Of a stretch of DNA of 63,241 nucleotides, positions 50,222 to 62,984 are shown piece after piece. Under the pieces are notes generated by a model. That model was not told the DNA's origin, searched no databases, and worked only from the letters and a program-made list of their open reading frames with translations. Every line of letters starts with the position of its first letter. Within the stretch, counting starts at the first letter, position 1. The stretch is from Octopus bimaculoides (Eukaryota): assembly GCF_001194135.2 (NCBI RefSeq), contig NC_068982.1, forward strand, positions 62,815,131-62,878,371. Direction: 5' to 3'. The position numbers and the translations under genes are program-made.

Positions 50222-50505
50222 GTATGAATGCATGTCTATGAAGATATTCAAATGCATAGGCATACATGGAAAGATCACTGACGAAATACAATATAGATAT
50301 CGATATAAATAAATATGTATGAAATGATTTTTACATTCTGTATTTTTGTTAAAATACTCATTTACACACTCACATATACTCACGCATACCATACACCTTA
50401 ATATTCAGCCATCACACACGCATAACATCGGCACAAACACACACGCTATGATTCGTTTGTTTACACGCACACACATTTGTCGTATCCTTTCTGAGTGTGT
50501 GTGTG

Positions 50506-50550
<45 letters not shown>

Positions 50551-51193
50551 NNNNNNNNNNNNNNNNNNNNNNNNNNNNNNNNNNNNNNNNNNNNNNNNNN
50601 NNNNNNNNNNNNNNNNNNNNNNNNNNNNNNNNNNNNNNNNNNNNNNNNNNNNNNNNNNNNNNNNNNNNNNNNNNNNNNNNNNNNNNNNNNNNNNNNNNNN
50701 NNNNNNNNNNNNNNNNNNNNNNNNNNNNNNNNNNNNNNNNNNNNNNNNNNNNNNNNNNNNNNNNNNNNNNNNNNNNNNNNNNNNNNNNNNNNNNNNNNNN
50801 NNNNNNNNNNNNNNNNNNNNNNNNNNNNNNNNNNNNNNNNNNNNNNNNNNNNNNNNNNNNNNNNNNNNNNNNNNNNNNNNNNNNNNNNNNNNNNNNNNNN
50901 NNNNNNNNNNNNNNNNNNNNNNNNNNNNNNNNNNNNNNNNNNNNNNNNNNNNNNNNNNNNNNNNNNNNNNNNNNNNNNNNNNNNNNNNNNNNNNNNNNNN
51001 NNNNNNNNNNNNNNNNNNNNNNNNNNNNNNNNNNNNNNNNNNNNNNNNNNNNNNNNNNNNNNNNNNNNNNNNNNNNNNNNNNNNNNNNNNNNNNNNNNNN
51101 NNNNNNNNNNNNNNNNNNNNNNNNNNNNNNNNNNNNNNNNNNNNNNNNNNNNNNNNNNNNNNNNNNNNNNNNNNNNNNNNNNNNNNNNNNNNN

Positions 51194-51232
<39 letters not shown>

Positions 51233-51356
51233 TATTAAAAGAAGAATCAAAAACCAAGGCAGAGCTAATATCGCAAGTCATTTAGGATAATTTAATTAGG
51301 GTAAGGTGAATTTGAAGTCCTACAGCCGTTTCTGGGATAACCCAAGTAGGTTAGGG

Positions 51357-51608
51357 TACAAAATGTACCTGTTTGCTTGAAAGAAGAATAGAATTCTCCA
51401 AACCAGGTATCTCTCATTTTATGTAAACACACACGAGAATGTAATAGTTACATTTAGAAAAACGGTTTCTCCAGTTTGTAAGTCTACAACTGGAGAAAAC
51501 GTTTTTCTAAATGTATTTACAACATTTTTAGTGTGTGTTTACATATAGCGAGATATGCGTCGTTTGGAGAATTTTGTTCTTCTTTCAAGCAAACAGGTAC
51601 ATTTTGTA
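51357..51608. mobile_element. Fully palindromic fold-back MITE with TA at both ends
   Basis: Arms of about 124 nt around a 4-nt loop (AGTC). The outer 32 bp are perfectly complementary (TACAAAATGTACCTGTTTGCTTGAAAGAAGAA), and the inner arms match with few mismatches. Confidence 0.85.
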
Positions 51609-51719
51609 ATTTGACTTTTAAGGTATCCAAATATTTTGCATATTTGGATATCTTTGCTAAACCATTTTATCATTGTCTTTTTTTTTTTAAGATAATGATA
51701 ACTCACTTGAATTTTGGAT

Positions 51720-51853
51720 ATACAGCAGAACCTCGGTTTTCGAGTAATTCTGATTACGAATAAATCGTACTTTGTCTCCTGTCTTTCTCATATTCATTTA
51801 ATACAACAGTACCTCGCTTTACGAACGCCCCTGATCACGAGTAAATCGTACTT
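51720..51853 (+). mobile_element. Tandemly duplicated Tigger/pogo-like terminal fragments
   Basis: TACAGCAGAACCTCGGTTTTCGAG...TAAATCGTACTTT and TACAACAGTACCTCGCTTTACGAA...TAAATCGTACTTT. A TA-CAG..ACCTCG start is typical of Tigger TIRs. Confidence 0.45.
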
Positions 51854-51886
51854 TATATCTACCTATCTATCTATCTATCTATCTAC

Positions 51887-51946
<60 letters not shown>

Positions 51947-53040
51947 ATATATATATATATATATATNNNNNNNNNNNNNNNNNNNNNNNNNNNNNNNNNN
52001 NNNNNNNNNNNNNNNNNNNNNNNNNNNNNNNNNNNNNNNNNNNNNNNNNNNNNNNNNNNNNNNNNNNNNNNNNNNNNNNNNNNNNNNNNNNNNNNNNNNN
52101 NNNNNNNNNNNNNNNNNNNNNNNNNNNNNNNNNNNNNNNNNNNNNNNNNNNNNNNNNNNNNNNNNNNNNNNNNNNNNNNNNNNNNNNNNNNNNNNNNNNN
52201 NNNNNNNNNNNNNNNNNNNNNNNNNNNNNNNNNNNNNNNNNNNNNNNNNNNNNNNNNNNNNNNNNNNNNNNNNNNNNNNNNNNNNNNNNNNNTATATATA
52301 TATATATATATATATTTATATACATGCATACATACATACAAGTATATATATACATTTATATATACATATAGAGAATATTATCAGTGTCTTTGCTTTAATC
52401 AAGGATAGTCTTCACTGGTCACTAGTGGACAGCCGTCACCCCTGCACACACATATGTAGTTTGGAAGCATATTCTAGTATTGTAAAATGTTTATGTGCCG
52501 AAAACGTGATCAATTAATTAATGAATTTATCAATTAATTGTGTACAGTAGATATTTTTTTCTTCGATAATTTGAAATGTAAGATATTCCAGTTTGGTAAG
52601 CATACAGTTTCGTTTCACTATGATATGTAAACAAAACTGGTTGCATCACACGTTTTGTCTTTCGTGGTCAGAAAAGATGGAGTAAATATGATAAGTTTTT
52701 TTCTTTTTTACTAGTTTCAGACCTTCATACAGTTATTTATAATTTACACATGTACACTTGTTTCCTTATTTACATTTTAGTACGTATTTTCCTTACACGA
52801 CGTGTTTGAAATATTTGAACTGTAATGTAAATCATAGCTTTCCTTGTATATATATATATATACAACTTGCTCGATCTCTGAAAAATCAAACAAGGAAGTC
52901 ACACGACCAGCTATTATCTCTCCATGTTGTCAGTGCATGTACAGCAATATAAATCAAAAGGACTAGTTAAGGCGTATGTGATTCTGTAGGCACTACAAAT
53001 AGCTGCAAGCTACAAACATCTCTGTGCAAAGGTGGGTATA

Positions 53041-53085
53041 CTATCTCTGACGACCTTCTAGGAAGACTAGAAACTAGTCAAACTG
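53041..53085 (+). ncRNA. Degenerate minimal hammerhead-ribozyme-like motif
   Basis: CTGACGA-CCTTC-TAG-GAAG-ACTA-GAAAC-TA-GTC. The core is intact, stem III is the palindrome ACTAGT and the triplet is GUC, but the stem II base and stem I are mispaired. Confidence 0.4.
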
Positions 53086-53215
53086 CTTCTGACCAAGGGT
53101 GATTAATCAATGCATAGTTTCCTATATAAACATTATATGGGATATGGGAAGGGTGTATGTATGTATATATGTATATGTATGTATGTATGTATGATTTGGG
53201 AAGGCTGTATGTATG

Positions 53216-53249
<34 letters not shown>

Positions 53250-53566
53250 TGTATGTATGTATGTATAGATAGATATGATAATAGAAACCAGAAAAATTGA
53301 ACTCGAAATGAATAATTTTATTAATATTCAACAAAAGTAACAGATTGATTAAAGGTTGGAGAATTTCGAGCGCAGACATTTATCAAACTAAGTGCCAACG
53401 CACGAAACTCTAGGACTTTGAGTTTCTATGTTACTTCTGCTAAATATTAATACACACACACATACACACATACACACACACACGCACACACACACACACA
53501 CACACGCACACACATATATATATACACATGCGTATACATACATATTATATGTGTATGCATGTATGG

Positions 53567-53597
<31 letters not shown>

Positions 53598-54153
53598 CAT
53601 ACACACACATATATATAATATAAATATATGTATATACATACATACATACATACATACATACATACATACATACGTGCATACATATACACAAACTGACAGA
53701 CAGACAAACAGAAATAAATATGTACATGTATACATATATATACTGAAGTTTATTGGTGCTGAAAAGGTTTAACAGAAATTCATTTTACTCTACCGTTGGT
53801 AATTGAGTACTATTTTTCCAACTTGTTTCGCAGCTATATGCTTGGGTTTGTGCATTCATATATACATAGGTGCAAAGATATATATTAACATGTGTGTGTG
53901 TGCGCGTGAGAAAGAGAGAGAGAGAAGCAAAAACAGAAAGACAGACAAAGACAGAGAGAGGGGGAGGGAGAGAGACAGTGCACGCGTTTGTTGTGTGTGC
54001 ATGCATGATTTCTATGGATGTATGCATGTATGTATGTATGTATGTATTATCTATCTAACTATCTATCTATCTTTCTTTCTTTGTTTCTTTCTTTCTATCT
54101 ATACATATAATTATAATATATATATATATATATCGATAGATATAAATATATGT

Positions 54154-54200
<47 letters not shown>

Positions 54201-54212
54201 CACACTCACTCA

Positions 54213-54268
<56 letters not shown>

Positions 54269-54894
54269 GCTTTAGATATGGATATATATTTATATACTTG
54301 TCCATCTCTGCCTACAGTTAGAAAAATATATAAACATATGTATGCATGTACATTTGTATCAATGAGTGTACACTCACACACACACACACACATACATATA
54401 TATACACATAGTTTTGTATATGTCTGTCTGTGTCTATGCATTTATGTAGTATGCATCTGACACACGCTAACACGCAACATGGATACACAGACACACAAAT
54501 GCAAACACTACTACATTTTGACGACTTCTACATCCGGTTGTTCGACTTGTGGTTGCAAATTTCCCCCGAAACATGGCGGTTAGGAAATATTAACGTCACA
54601 AGTCCATATAAATAAATAACCAAACAACATTCTTTCCTCTACAGCCTTCTAAACACACACACGACACTCATACATAGATACCAAATTACACATCCGGAAA
54701 TGGACACATCACAAACTAAAGAGCTCTACCACACGCCATATATTATCGATCACTAACCATGCATCAAATAGAACATCACACACAGCTATATCACACTTAA
54801 CATAGGACAGTCCTTCGTCACACACCTGTGTCCCAACTCTCACTTTCTAATGACACAACGTAAAGTATATAACACATTTCATCACATTCTTATT

Positions 54895-55035
54895 AAGTCG
54901 CAGGCGTGGCCGTGTGGTAAGAAGTTCGCTTCCCAATCACAAAGTTTTAAGTTTCAGTCCCACTGCATAATACCTTGGGCAAGCTTCCTCTGTTATAGCT
55001 CCGGGCCGACCAAAGCAAGCTGAAAGCCGATCGAC
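54895..55035 (+). mobile_element. SINE family A, head
   Basis: GCAGGCGTGGCCGTGTGGTAAGAAGTTCGCTTCCCAATCAC...CCTTGGGCAAG...GGGCCGACCAAAGC. Confidence 0.85.
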
Positions 55036-55090
<55 letters not shown>

Positions 55091-55777
55091 ATACATAATT
55101 AAGGGATCAGCAACAGTTGCTTCATATATATATATATCNNNNNNNNNNNNNNNNNNNNNNNNNNNNNNNNNNNNNNNNNNNNNNNNNNNNNNNNNNNNNN
55201 NNNNNNNNNNNNNNNNNNNNNNNNNNNNNNNNNNNNNNNNNNNNNNNNNNNNNNNNNNNNNNNNNNNNNNNNNNNNNNNNNNNNNNNNNNNNNNNNNNNN
55301 NNNNNNNNNNNNNNNNNNNNNNNNNNNNNNNNNNNNNNNNNNNNNNNNNNNNNNNNNNNNNNNNNNNNNNNNNNNNNNNNNNNNNNNNNNNNNNNNNNNN
55401 NNNNNNNNNNNNNNNNNNNNNNNNNNNNNNNNNNNNNNNNNNNNNNNNNNNNNNNNNNNNNNNNNNNNNNNNNNNNNNNNNNNNNNNNNNNNNNNNNNNT
55501 ATATATATATATACAAGGTTGCCCAAAAGTCACCCGACAGTAAATCAAATTTCCGTAGATACTTAATATTCAATTTTATTTATTCACTCCAATTATGAAT
55601 GTTTAATAATTGAATACTGTGAGTTAAGACACTGTTTTTTTTTTGTTTTGTTATTTTCGACATTTGTCTATTCATTAGCGAAGTGTCATTCAGTTGTCAA
55701 ACGTAAGTAAACCTTGGTATTGCACGGGTTTTGATTTACTGTCAGGTAACTCTAACTTTTGGCCAACTCTGTATGTG

Positions 55778-55810
<33 letters not shown>

Positions 55811-55869
55811 TTGTGTGTTTGTGTGTGTGTGTGTGTTTGTGTGTGGATGTGTGTTTTTATGTGTATATC

Positions 55870-55995
55870 TATGTGCGTGTGCCTTTGTGTCTGCGTGTAT
55901 TCCACACTACCGCTTGACAACCGGTGTTAGTTTGCTTGTGTCCCCCAAACTTAGCAATTCGGTCTTAAAAAATAAGCATTGGTGTCGTTCTGTTC
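55870..55995 (+). mobile_element. SINE family A, 3' fragment
   Basis: CTTTGTGTCTG...CCGCTTGACAACCGGTGTTAG...AACTTAGCAATTCGG. Confidence 0.75.
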
Positions 55996-56003
55996 GACTA
56001 ATC

Positions 56004-56241
56004 CAGTAGTACACAACTATTTTTTTGCCTATGAACCGTTTTGATTCCTATATTACTTAGGTGAAGTTTCATAGCCATTCAATTTTTAAAACAGGCTATT
56101 ATTATATTTCTATAATAAAATATTATCAGGAATTGTATTAAAAGAATTAAAATATTTTGTGTATTGTAGAAGTATAACAACAAAAGCGTATACGGACTTC
56201 TCCCACCCCGGGGTCCATGTGACCCCGGTTGAGAACCACTG
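56004..56241. mobile_element. hAT (Charlie-like) MITE
   Basis: Right end GGTTGAGAACCACTG (Charlie-type TIR), degenerate left end CAGTAGTACACAACT, and decayed 8-bp TSD GACTAATC/GGCTAAAT with central CTA. Confidence 0.7.
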
Positions 56242-56854
56242 GGCTAAATCATTTGAAGCAGTTCTCTAGCATAGCCTCCGTCCAGTAACTGAAACAAGTA
56301 ATACATAAAAAAAAACATCACTACTATCCCCCTACATTTAATATAACCCAACATCACACAGATATATATCCCACCTCAAACGTCGCAACAGTGCCTGTCA
56401 TATTACATATCCCACAAGCGTCTCACACTGCTGTGTATCAAACAGCTACTACACCTTTTCGCTACTGTACACCACACACTGTACAACATCACCGAGTCTC
56501 GCACGTAGCTAGACAGAAATAGCAGCTAATTTCTCAAATCACCTGTCGTGTTAGGAAAGGACACGTTGGGTAATGTGATTCGGGGTTTGCTGCACATATC
56601 AAAGAAACGCGGTGGTCTCAGCTGCAATGTTTTTCCTTATAGCATTATAGATCTGTTCCATTTGGGCTAATTTGGGACTTTATAATAAAAACTACAACTC
56701 TATCACATCGCACTTAAAAGCAAATTACACACGAATACATGAGATGAAATTTTACATGATACGAGATGAAATACACACACATACACACACTCACACACAT
56801 ATGCACAAATTCACACACACATTCTCTCTCTCCTCCCCCTCTCTCTCTCTCCTC

Positions 56855-56890
<36 letters not shown>

Positions 56891-58084
56891 AGGCATACAA
56901 CACAAACTACACCAGCCACAACGCACTGCACATCAACCACAACACACAGCAGACAATACTCCATACCTCAAATATAATATTGTATGCATCTCATACAACG
57001 CACTATCCGCCATGCATCACATTTCTACATACACAAAATCATAAGCTATCCCATATACAGCACACGATATAAAACAAACTATAGACCATACGACTATATA
57101 ACATATTATATACATTCCATACATTACAAACTACAGGCTGTACAACTACATCTTCGCACTCGAGGGACCTGCCAGAAATAGCAGCCAAATTTCTCGATAA
57201 ATCGTAAATTACTGTCTTATAAAAGGGAAGGATGCTTGCGATGACATCGATGTCCAGCTGTTTTGTCCTTTAGGTAATATCAGTAGAGAAGTGAGCACTT
57301 GTTGCGTGGTCAACTCATGGTCTCCCATAAACCTTGACCAGTCATGTACTCTGGAGATCGGCTTTACAGGTGCATATGCACGGTCATTCTGGACCGATAA
57401 GGGCCTTTATATCTAAAAAAAATATGTTGAATGGTCATAGTCGGAATAATTTTGATTACCGTTCTTCTGTTCTATTGGGTTTAACTGACAACTTAACAAT
57501 AATAAAAATGAACATGTACAACGTCGGACTTAAAATCCTTAGAGCCATACACCACACAACACATGAGACATGTCATAGGTCACAACACAACCCAGCATAT
57601 GGAACTTAATATACACGATATCTGCATTACATACATCACATACAACAGATCATACACTACACAGGCAACAAGAAACAAATACAACCCACTACATTCCATT
57701 CTATATACTCACACACACATACATACACACAAACACACATCATACAATACATACTCCTATTTTATCCTTCATTCCGTCAAACAACACGTAATACAAGAAC
57801 GCTAGCCTCAATGCATACACCATAGATCCCCTAACATCACGCAGCACACTACACTCAACGTTCAAAATAGCAAAACCACACATGAATTATCAATGCCACA
57901 CACCACACACTAACGTACACTCGTTATATTCGACACTATATACATTACACACCACACAATGCAACACTTCACACACCACACCAAACTTAACCCCACAAAT
58001 ATACCACGTTGCGGTACACCTGCACTAGAGAGTTAAACTAAAGAAGGGTTTCACAATCCATATGGGACCCAAAATTGGTTTCAA

Positions 58085-58203
58085 ATGTTGGCACAAACCT
58101 AGCAAGCTCGGCATAGTAATAGGTTGATTACATCGGTCCCAGTGCTTCACTGGTACTAATTTTATCGACTCCGAAAGGATGAAAGGCAAAGTCTATCTCA
58201 GCT
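58085..58203 (-). mobile_element. SINE family B fragment
   Basis: CTGGTACTAATTTTATCGACTCCGAAAGGATGAAAGGCAAAGTC. Confidence 0.85.
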
Positions 58204-59024
58204 GAAGTGGATTAACGATGGTGAACTTATGACATGGGGATTATCAGGGAACCAACGTGGGTTTTGAAGCAACACAAAATATATTACCTCTGATATGTTA
58301 TAAAAAATGATTTTCCATAAGATTATCTTTAAACTCATCCATAAGTATTAAATACAAATATTAAAAATACGTGTATATAATTGACACTCCACTAATAGTG
58401 TGATTGGAGATTTTAAAATTTAGACACGCAAGTAATTAGGTTCTCGTCAAATTCACACCTGGCACTAAACACCACAGGTAGACACTACATCATATTATAC
58501 AACAGACTGCAAACATTTTACACCACACATCAAACAATCCACGAACCAAAATACACTCTAAACACAGTGTCACACACAGGGTAGTCCCCTCCACCACTGA
58601 TCGCATACCATAACAGAACACAGCAGAACCACACACGCATACACACCATAGATCACTTGCCACACACACACGTCACAGATCACAGACAACATCCACACCT
58701 ACATCGTACACAATCACTCTAACACAGCACTTGTGTGACTCTTTAAACAAATATATAAACCGGTCCATCGACTCACCTGCGTCCACGTACCCGACAATGT
58801 TGTATCGATTAAGCATAACTCCGGACAAACCTTCTCCTCTCTATTGCATAGGTATTCTCTCTCCTTCTCCCCCACCTTTCCTTCCTCTTCCGCGTGCTCT
58901 TTATCTTCCTCCGCCCACTCCTCCTATCACTTTTCTCCTATTTATTGGTCTGCTACACTATTTCCATCTTACACTGGCTGCCGCTTGGTTTTCCGTTTCT
59001 TTCATTTCTCTTTTTTGCCCTTAG

Positions 59025-59043
59025 AACAATCGTCCGAACCAAC
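59025..59043 (+). CDS. Candidate 19-nt microexon of an unidentified + strand gene
   Basis: About 170 nt with no AG and strong pyrimidine bias end in TTTCATTTCTCTTTTTTGCCCTTAG. The exon AACAATCGTCCGAACCAAC is followed by the consensus donor GTAAGT, and all frames are open. Confidence 0.5.
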
Positions 59044-59290
59044 GTAAGTCTCCTACCTGTGTGACACGCGTTCTCTAACAGATTGCACGGTGCAGTGATA
59101 TAAGTAAACTAATTATATGTTTGAATCCCATCGAACTCATATGTATTGATCAATCGCCAAGGCTTATTTGTCATCCTCTACACAGCTCCAGGGAAATTTG
59201 CCATTACTTAGAAAACGCACACGCACGCACGCACGCACACACACTCACATACACTCATACACACATATACACACGTATATATATATTTGC

Positions 59291-59328
<38 letters not shown>

Positions 59329-60848
59329 NNNNNNNNNNNNNNNNNNNNNNNNNNNNNNNNNNNNNNNNNNNNNNNNNNNNNNNNNNNNNNNNNNNNNNNN
59401 NNNNNNNNNNNNNNNNNNNNNNNNNNNNNNNNNNNNNNNNNNNNNNNNNNNNNNNNNNNNNNNNNNNNNNNNNNNNNNNNNNNNNNNNNNNNNNNNNNNN
59501 NNNNNNNNNNNNNNNNNNNNNNNNNNNNNNNNNNNNNNNNNNNNNNNNNNNNNNNNNNNNNNNNNNNNNNNNNNNNNNNNNNNNNNNNNNNNNNNNNNNN
59601 NNNNNNNNNNNNNNNNNNNNNNNNNNNNNNNNNNNNNNNNNNNNNNNNNNNNNNNNNNNNNNNNNNNNNNNNNNNNNNNNNNNNNNNNNNNNNNNNNNNN
59701 NNNNNNNNNNNNNNNNNNNNNNNNNNNNNNNNNNNNNNNNNNNNNNNNNNNNNNNNNNNNNNNNNNNNNNNNNNNNNNNNNNNNNNNNNNNNNNNNNNNN
59801 NNNNNNNNNNNNNNNNNNNNNNNNNNNNNNNNNNNNNNNNNNNNNNNNNNNNNNNNNNNNNNNNNNNNNNNNNNNNNNNNNNNNNNNNNNNNNNNNNNNN
59901 NNNNNNNNNNNNNNNNNNNNNNNNNNNNNNNNNNNNNNNNNNNNNNNNNNNNNNNNNNNNNNNNNNNNNNNNNNNNNNNNNNNNNNNNNNNNNNNNNNNN
60001 NNNNNNNNNNNNNNNNNNNNNNNNNNNNNNNNNNNNNNNNNNNNNNNNNNNNNNNNNNNNNNNNNNNNNNNNNNNNNNNNNNNNNNNNNNNNNNNNNNNN
60101 NNNNNNNNNNNNNNNNNNNNNNNNNNNNNNNNNNNNNNNNNNNNNNNNNNNNNNNNNNNNNNNNNNNNNNNNNNNNNNNNNNNNNNNNNNNNNNNNNNNN
60201 NNNNNNNNNNNNNNNNNNNNNNNNNNNNNNNNNNNNNNNNNNNNNNNNNNNNCTATATATATACCTGTTCTTTCATATGAATGTATATATGCCCGTGTGT
60301 GCGCGTGTGCGCTTGTTCTACTGTCAAGCTGTCTCTTGCAACGTTTCTCAATCAGCGCAGGATTAGTCTAGTAGCAACAGTACCATATGCCAGGGGCTTC
60401 TCGTCTCGTGGAGGAATTCAGTATTAAACGCTTTACAGTACCATGTGGCCTTCAACTAACATAAAGTGTGGTATTGAAGGTTGATGCAGTTCGTGCAGTA
60501 TACAGAGTAATTGTCAGATTAAATACATCTTGAATTAAACAACTTACACAATTCAAACTAAATACTAGACTGATTTTTGTTTTACTGCTAATTAAGAGAC
60601 TTGACATTTTATTTCTATATCTCAACGCCTTAAACTTGTTATTCAATAAATAATTTTAGTTGACAGAATCAAGGTATTATATACATTGTAATATTAACCA
60701 TTCTCATTAAATCAAGTCGGGTGTTTTAAGTATATAAGAAGCATTCTATTGCATACAATCTCTACCTTAATCTTATATTTTTAAATACAACTATATCTCA
60801 TACGAAAGAAATTATCGATTAGAGTCATATCTATCTATCTATTTATCC

Positions 60849-60990
60849 ATAGGCGTGGCTGTGAGGTATGAAGTTTGCTTCCCAACCACATGGTTCTAGC
60901 TTCAGTCCTGCTTCGTGGCAACTTATACAAGTATCTTCTGCCATGCCTCGGGTACACCAAAGCCTTCTGAATGGATTCGGTAGACAGGAC

Positions 60991-61020
<30 letters not shown>
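60849..61020 (+). mobile_element. SINE family A, head and body
   Basis: ATAGGCGTGGCTGTGAGGTATGAAGTTTGCTTCCCAACCACATGGTTCTAGCTTCAGTCC...GGATTCGGTAGAC. Confidence 0.85.
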
Positions 61021-61021
<1 letters not shown>

Positions 61022-61044
61022 GCCATATCAACCTATTTATCCTA

Positions 61045-61250
61045 AAATTTGTAGGTGCTTCAGAATCGTTAACGTGACATGCAAAATGCTTTGCGGTATT
61101 TCGTCTGTTTTTTTACGTTCTGAGTTCAAACTTTGCCTTTCATCCTTGACAAGTCAATGAAATAAGTATCAGTTGAGTATTAGGGTCGATGTAATCGACT
61201 TGCACAATTCCCACAATTGCTGGCCCTGAGCCAAAATTTGAGACCAATAT
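61045..61250 (+). mobile_element. SINE family B
   Basis: CAGAATCGTTAACG...TTACGTTCTGAGTTCAAACTTTGCCTTTCATCC...GGGTCGATGTAATCGACT. Confidence 0.85.
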
Positions 61251-62724
61251 TTATGAAGGAATGTCGTAATATTTAAGTTTTGGTATATTTAGGTTTGATG
61301 AAAACAGTATTATCATCAATAGAAGAAGTGCCCGCCTCTTCAAATTCTTCACACTGTTTACCGTGACAAACATGTCGGCATGCAGATAAATACTGAGGTT
61401 TAGGTAAAATAATAGAATGGTAGGGACCATTTGTATTTATTTGTATTTATTCCGATTACCCGATCCCTATGTCATATGATCCATATTCAATGGTCTGTCA
61501 AATATGCAGTTGAATCAATGAACAATCATAATTCAATGAAATAGCTAGGTGTGAAATTTGGGGTTATATATATATTTCATGTTATATTCGTGTATGCGCG
61601 TGAGTGCATACGTACACCCTGATAAATTCACGCCATTTTAGAACTAACTCGTTTGTTCTAAATTTGCTCGGTCTTCTAGAAATAGTAGCCAAGTACCTTA
61701 CTCAACCATCTGAAATACTACAGGCACATAATTTACGCAATAACTCTCCAAAGATACTTCAAAATACAAATACATTTATTTGCAAAAAGACGAGATAGTC
61801 ACACATGAAATATCTTTGATCGTAAATCTATTCAGAAGTGATCTGAACAACAGCAACAACAACAACAACGTGAAGAAGACTTAATGAAAATATGAATTAT
61901 TATTTCTTTTGCGATATTTTTATGCCTTTTGACTACAAAATAGAACCTACAATTGGTGGTTCAAAATTCTGTAAATGGTAGCTAAAAGTCTTTCGAATCA
62001 TGACTAACGAACTTTAAAAAGCAAGCTCACATTGGACAGTTTAGATTTGGAGACGTTATTCTTAAATAAAAACGATATAAAACGGTGAGCTGACAAAACG
62101 GTTAGCACGTTGGACAAAATGCTTAGCAGCATTTCTCCTATCTTTAAGTTCTGAGTTCAAATGCCTTTTAGCCTTTCGACGTGGATAAAATAACATACCA
62201 GGCAAGTACTGGAGACGATAACGAAATGGTCATAACTGAGGCGGCTGTGGTCATGAGTCAGTCCAGCAACAATAACATTTGCTAGTGGAGTCAACGAAAG
62301 CATACTTAGTGTTCAGATTGTTAAAACAGGTAGTTAAACCACATGCTCTTGCATTAAGCAAGGAAGGGAAGGATAGATACAATAAGCCTGTAAATGTCTA
62401 AGACTGATAAAACTGACCTAAAGCAAAGCAAAAAAAAAAAAAAAAAAANNNNNNNNNNNNNNNNNNNNNNNNNNNNNNNNNNNNNNNNNNNNNNNNNNNN
62501 NNNNNNNNNNNNNNNNNNNNNNNNNNNNNNNNNNNNNNNNNNNNNNNNNNNNNNNNNNNNNNNNNNNNNNNNNNNNNNNNNNNNNNNNNNNNNNNNNNNN
62601 NNNNNNNNNNNNNNNNNNNNNNNNNNNNNNNNNNNNNNNNNNNNNNNNNNNNNNNNNNNNNNNNNNNNNNNNNNNNNNNNNNNNNNNNNNNNNNNNNNNN
62701 NNNGGGGGGGGGAAGTCGATTTCA

Positions 62725-62872
62725 CCAAATCCAGTGCTCAACTGGTTTTTGTGTCATCGAACCCTAAAGGATAAATGACAAAGTTGTTCTGGGCGGAATT
62801 TGAACTCAGAACATTAAGTCGGAAGAAAAGCCGGTAAGCATTTTTTTCTGGTGCGCTAACGATTCTGCCAGC
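62725..62872 (-). mobile_element. SINE family B fragment
   Basis: GGCGGAATTTGAACTCAGAAC...GCTAACGATTCTGCCAGCTC. Confidence 0.8.
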
Positions 62873-62984
62873 TCTACTACATATTGATTTCTGATTACAT
62901 GCTACACACACACACACACACACACATACATATCATTATACATACAAACGGACACACGCACATATATGTATATTCAATATACTC

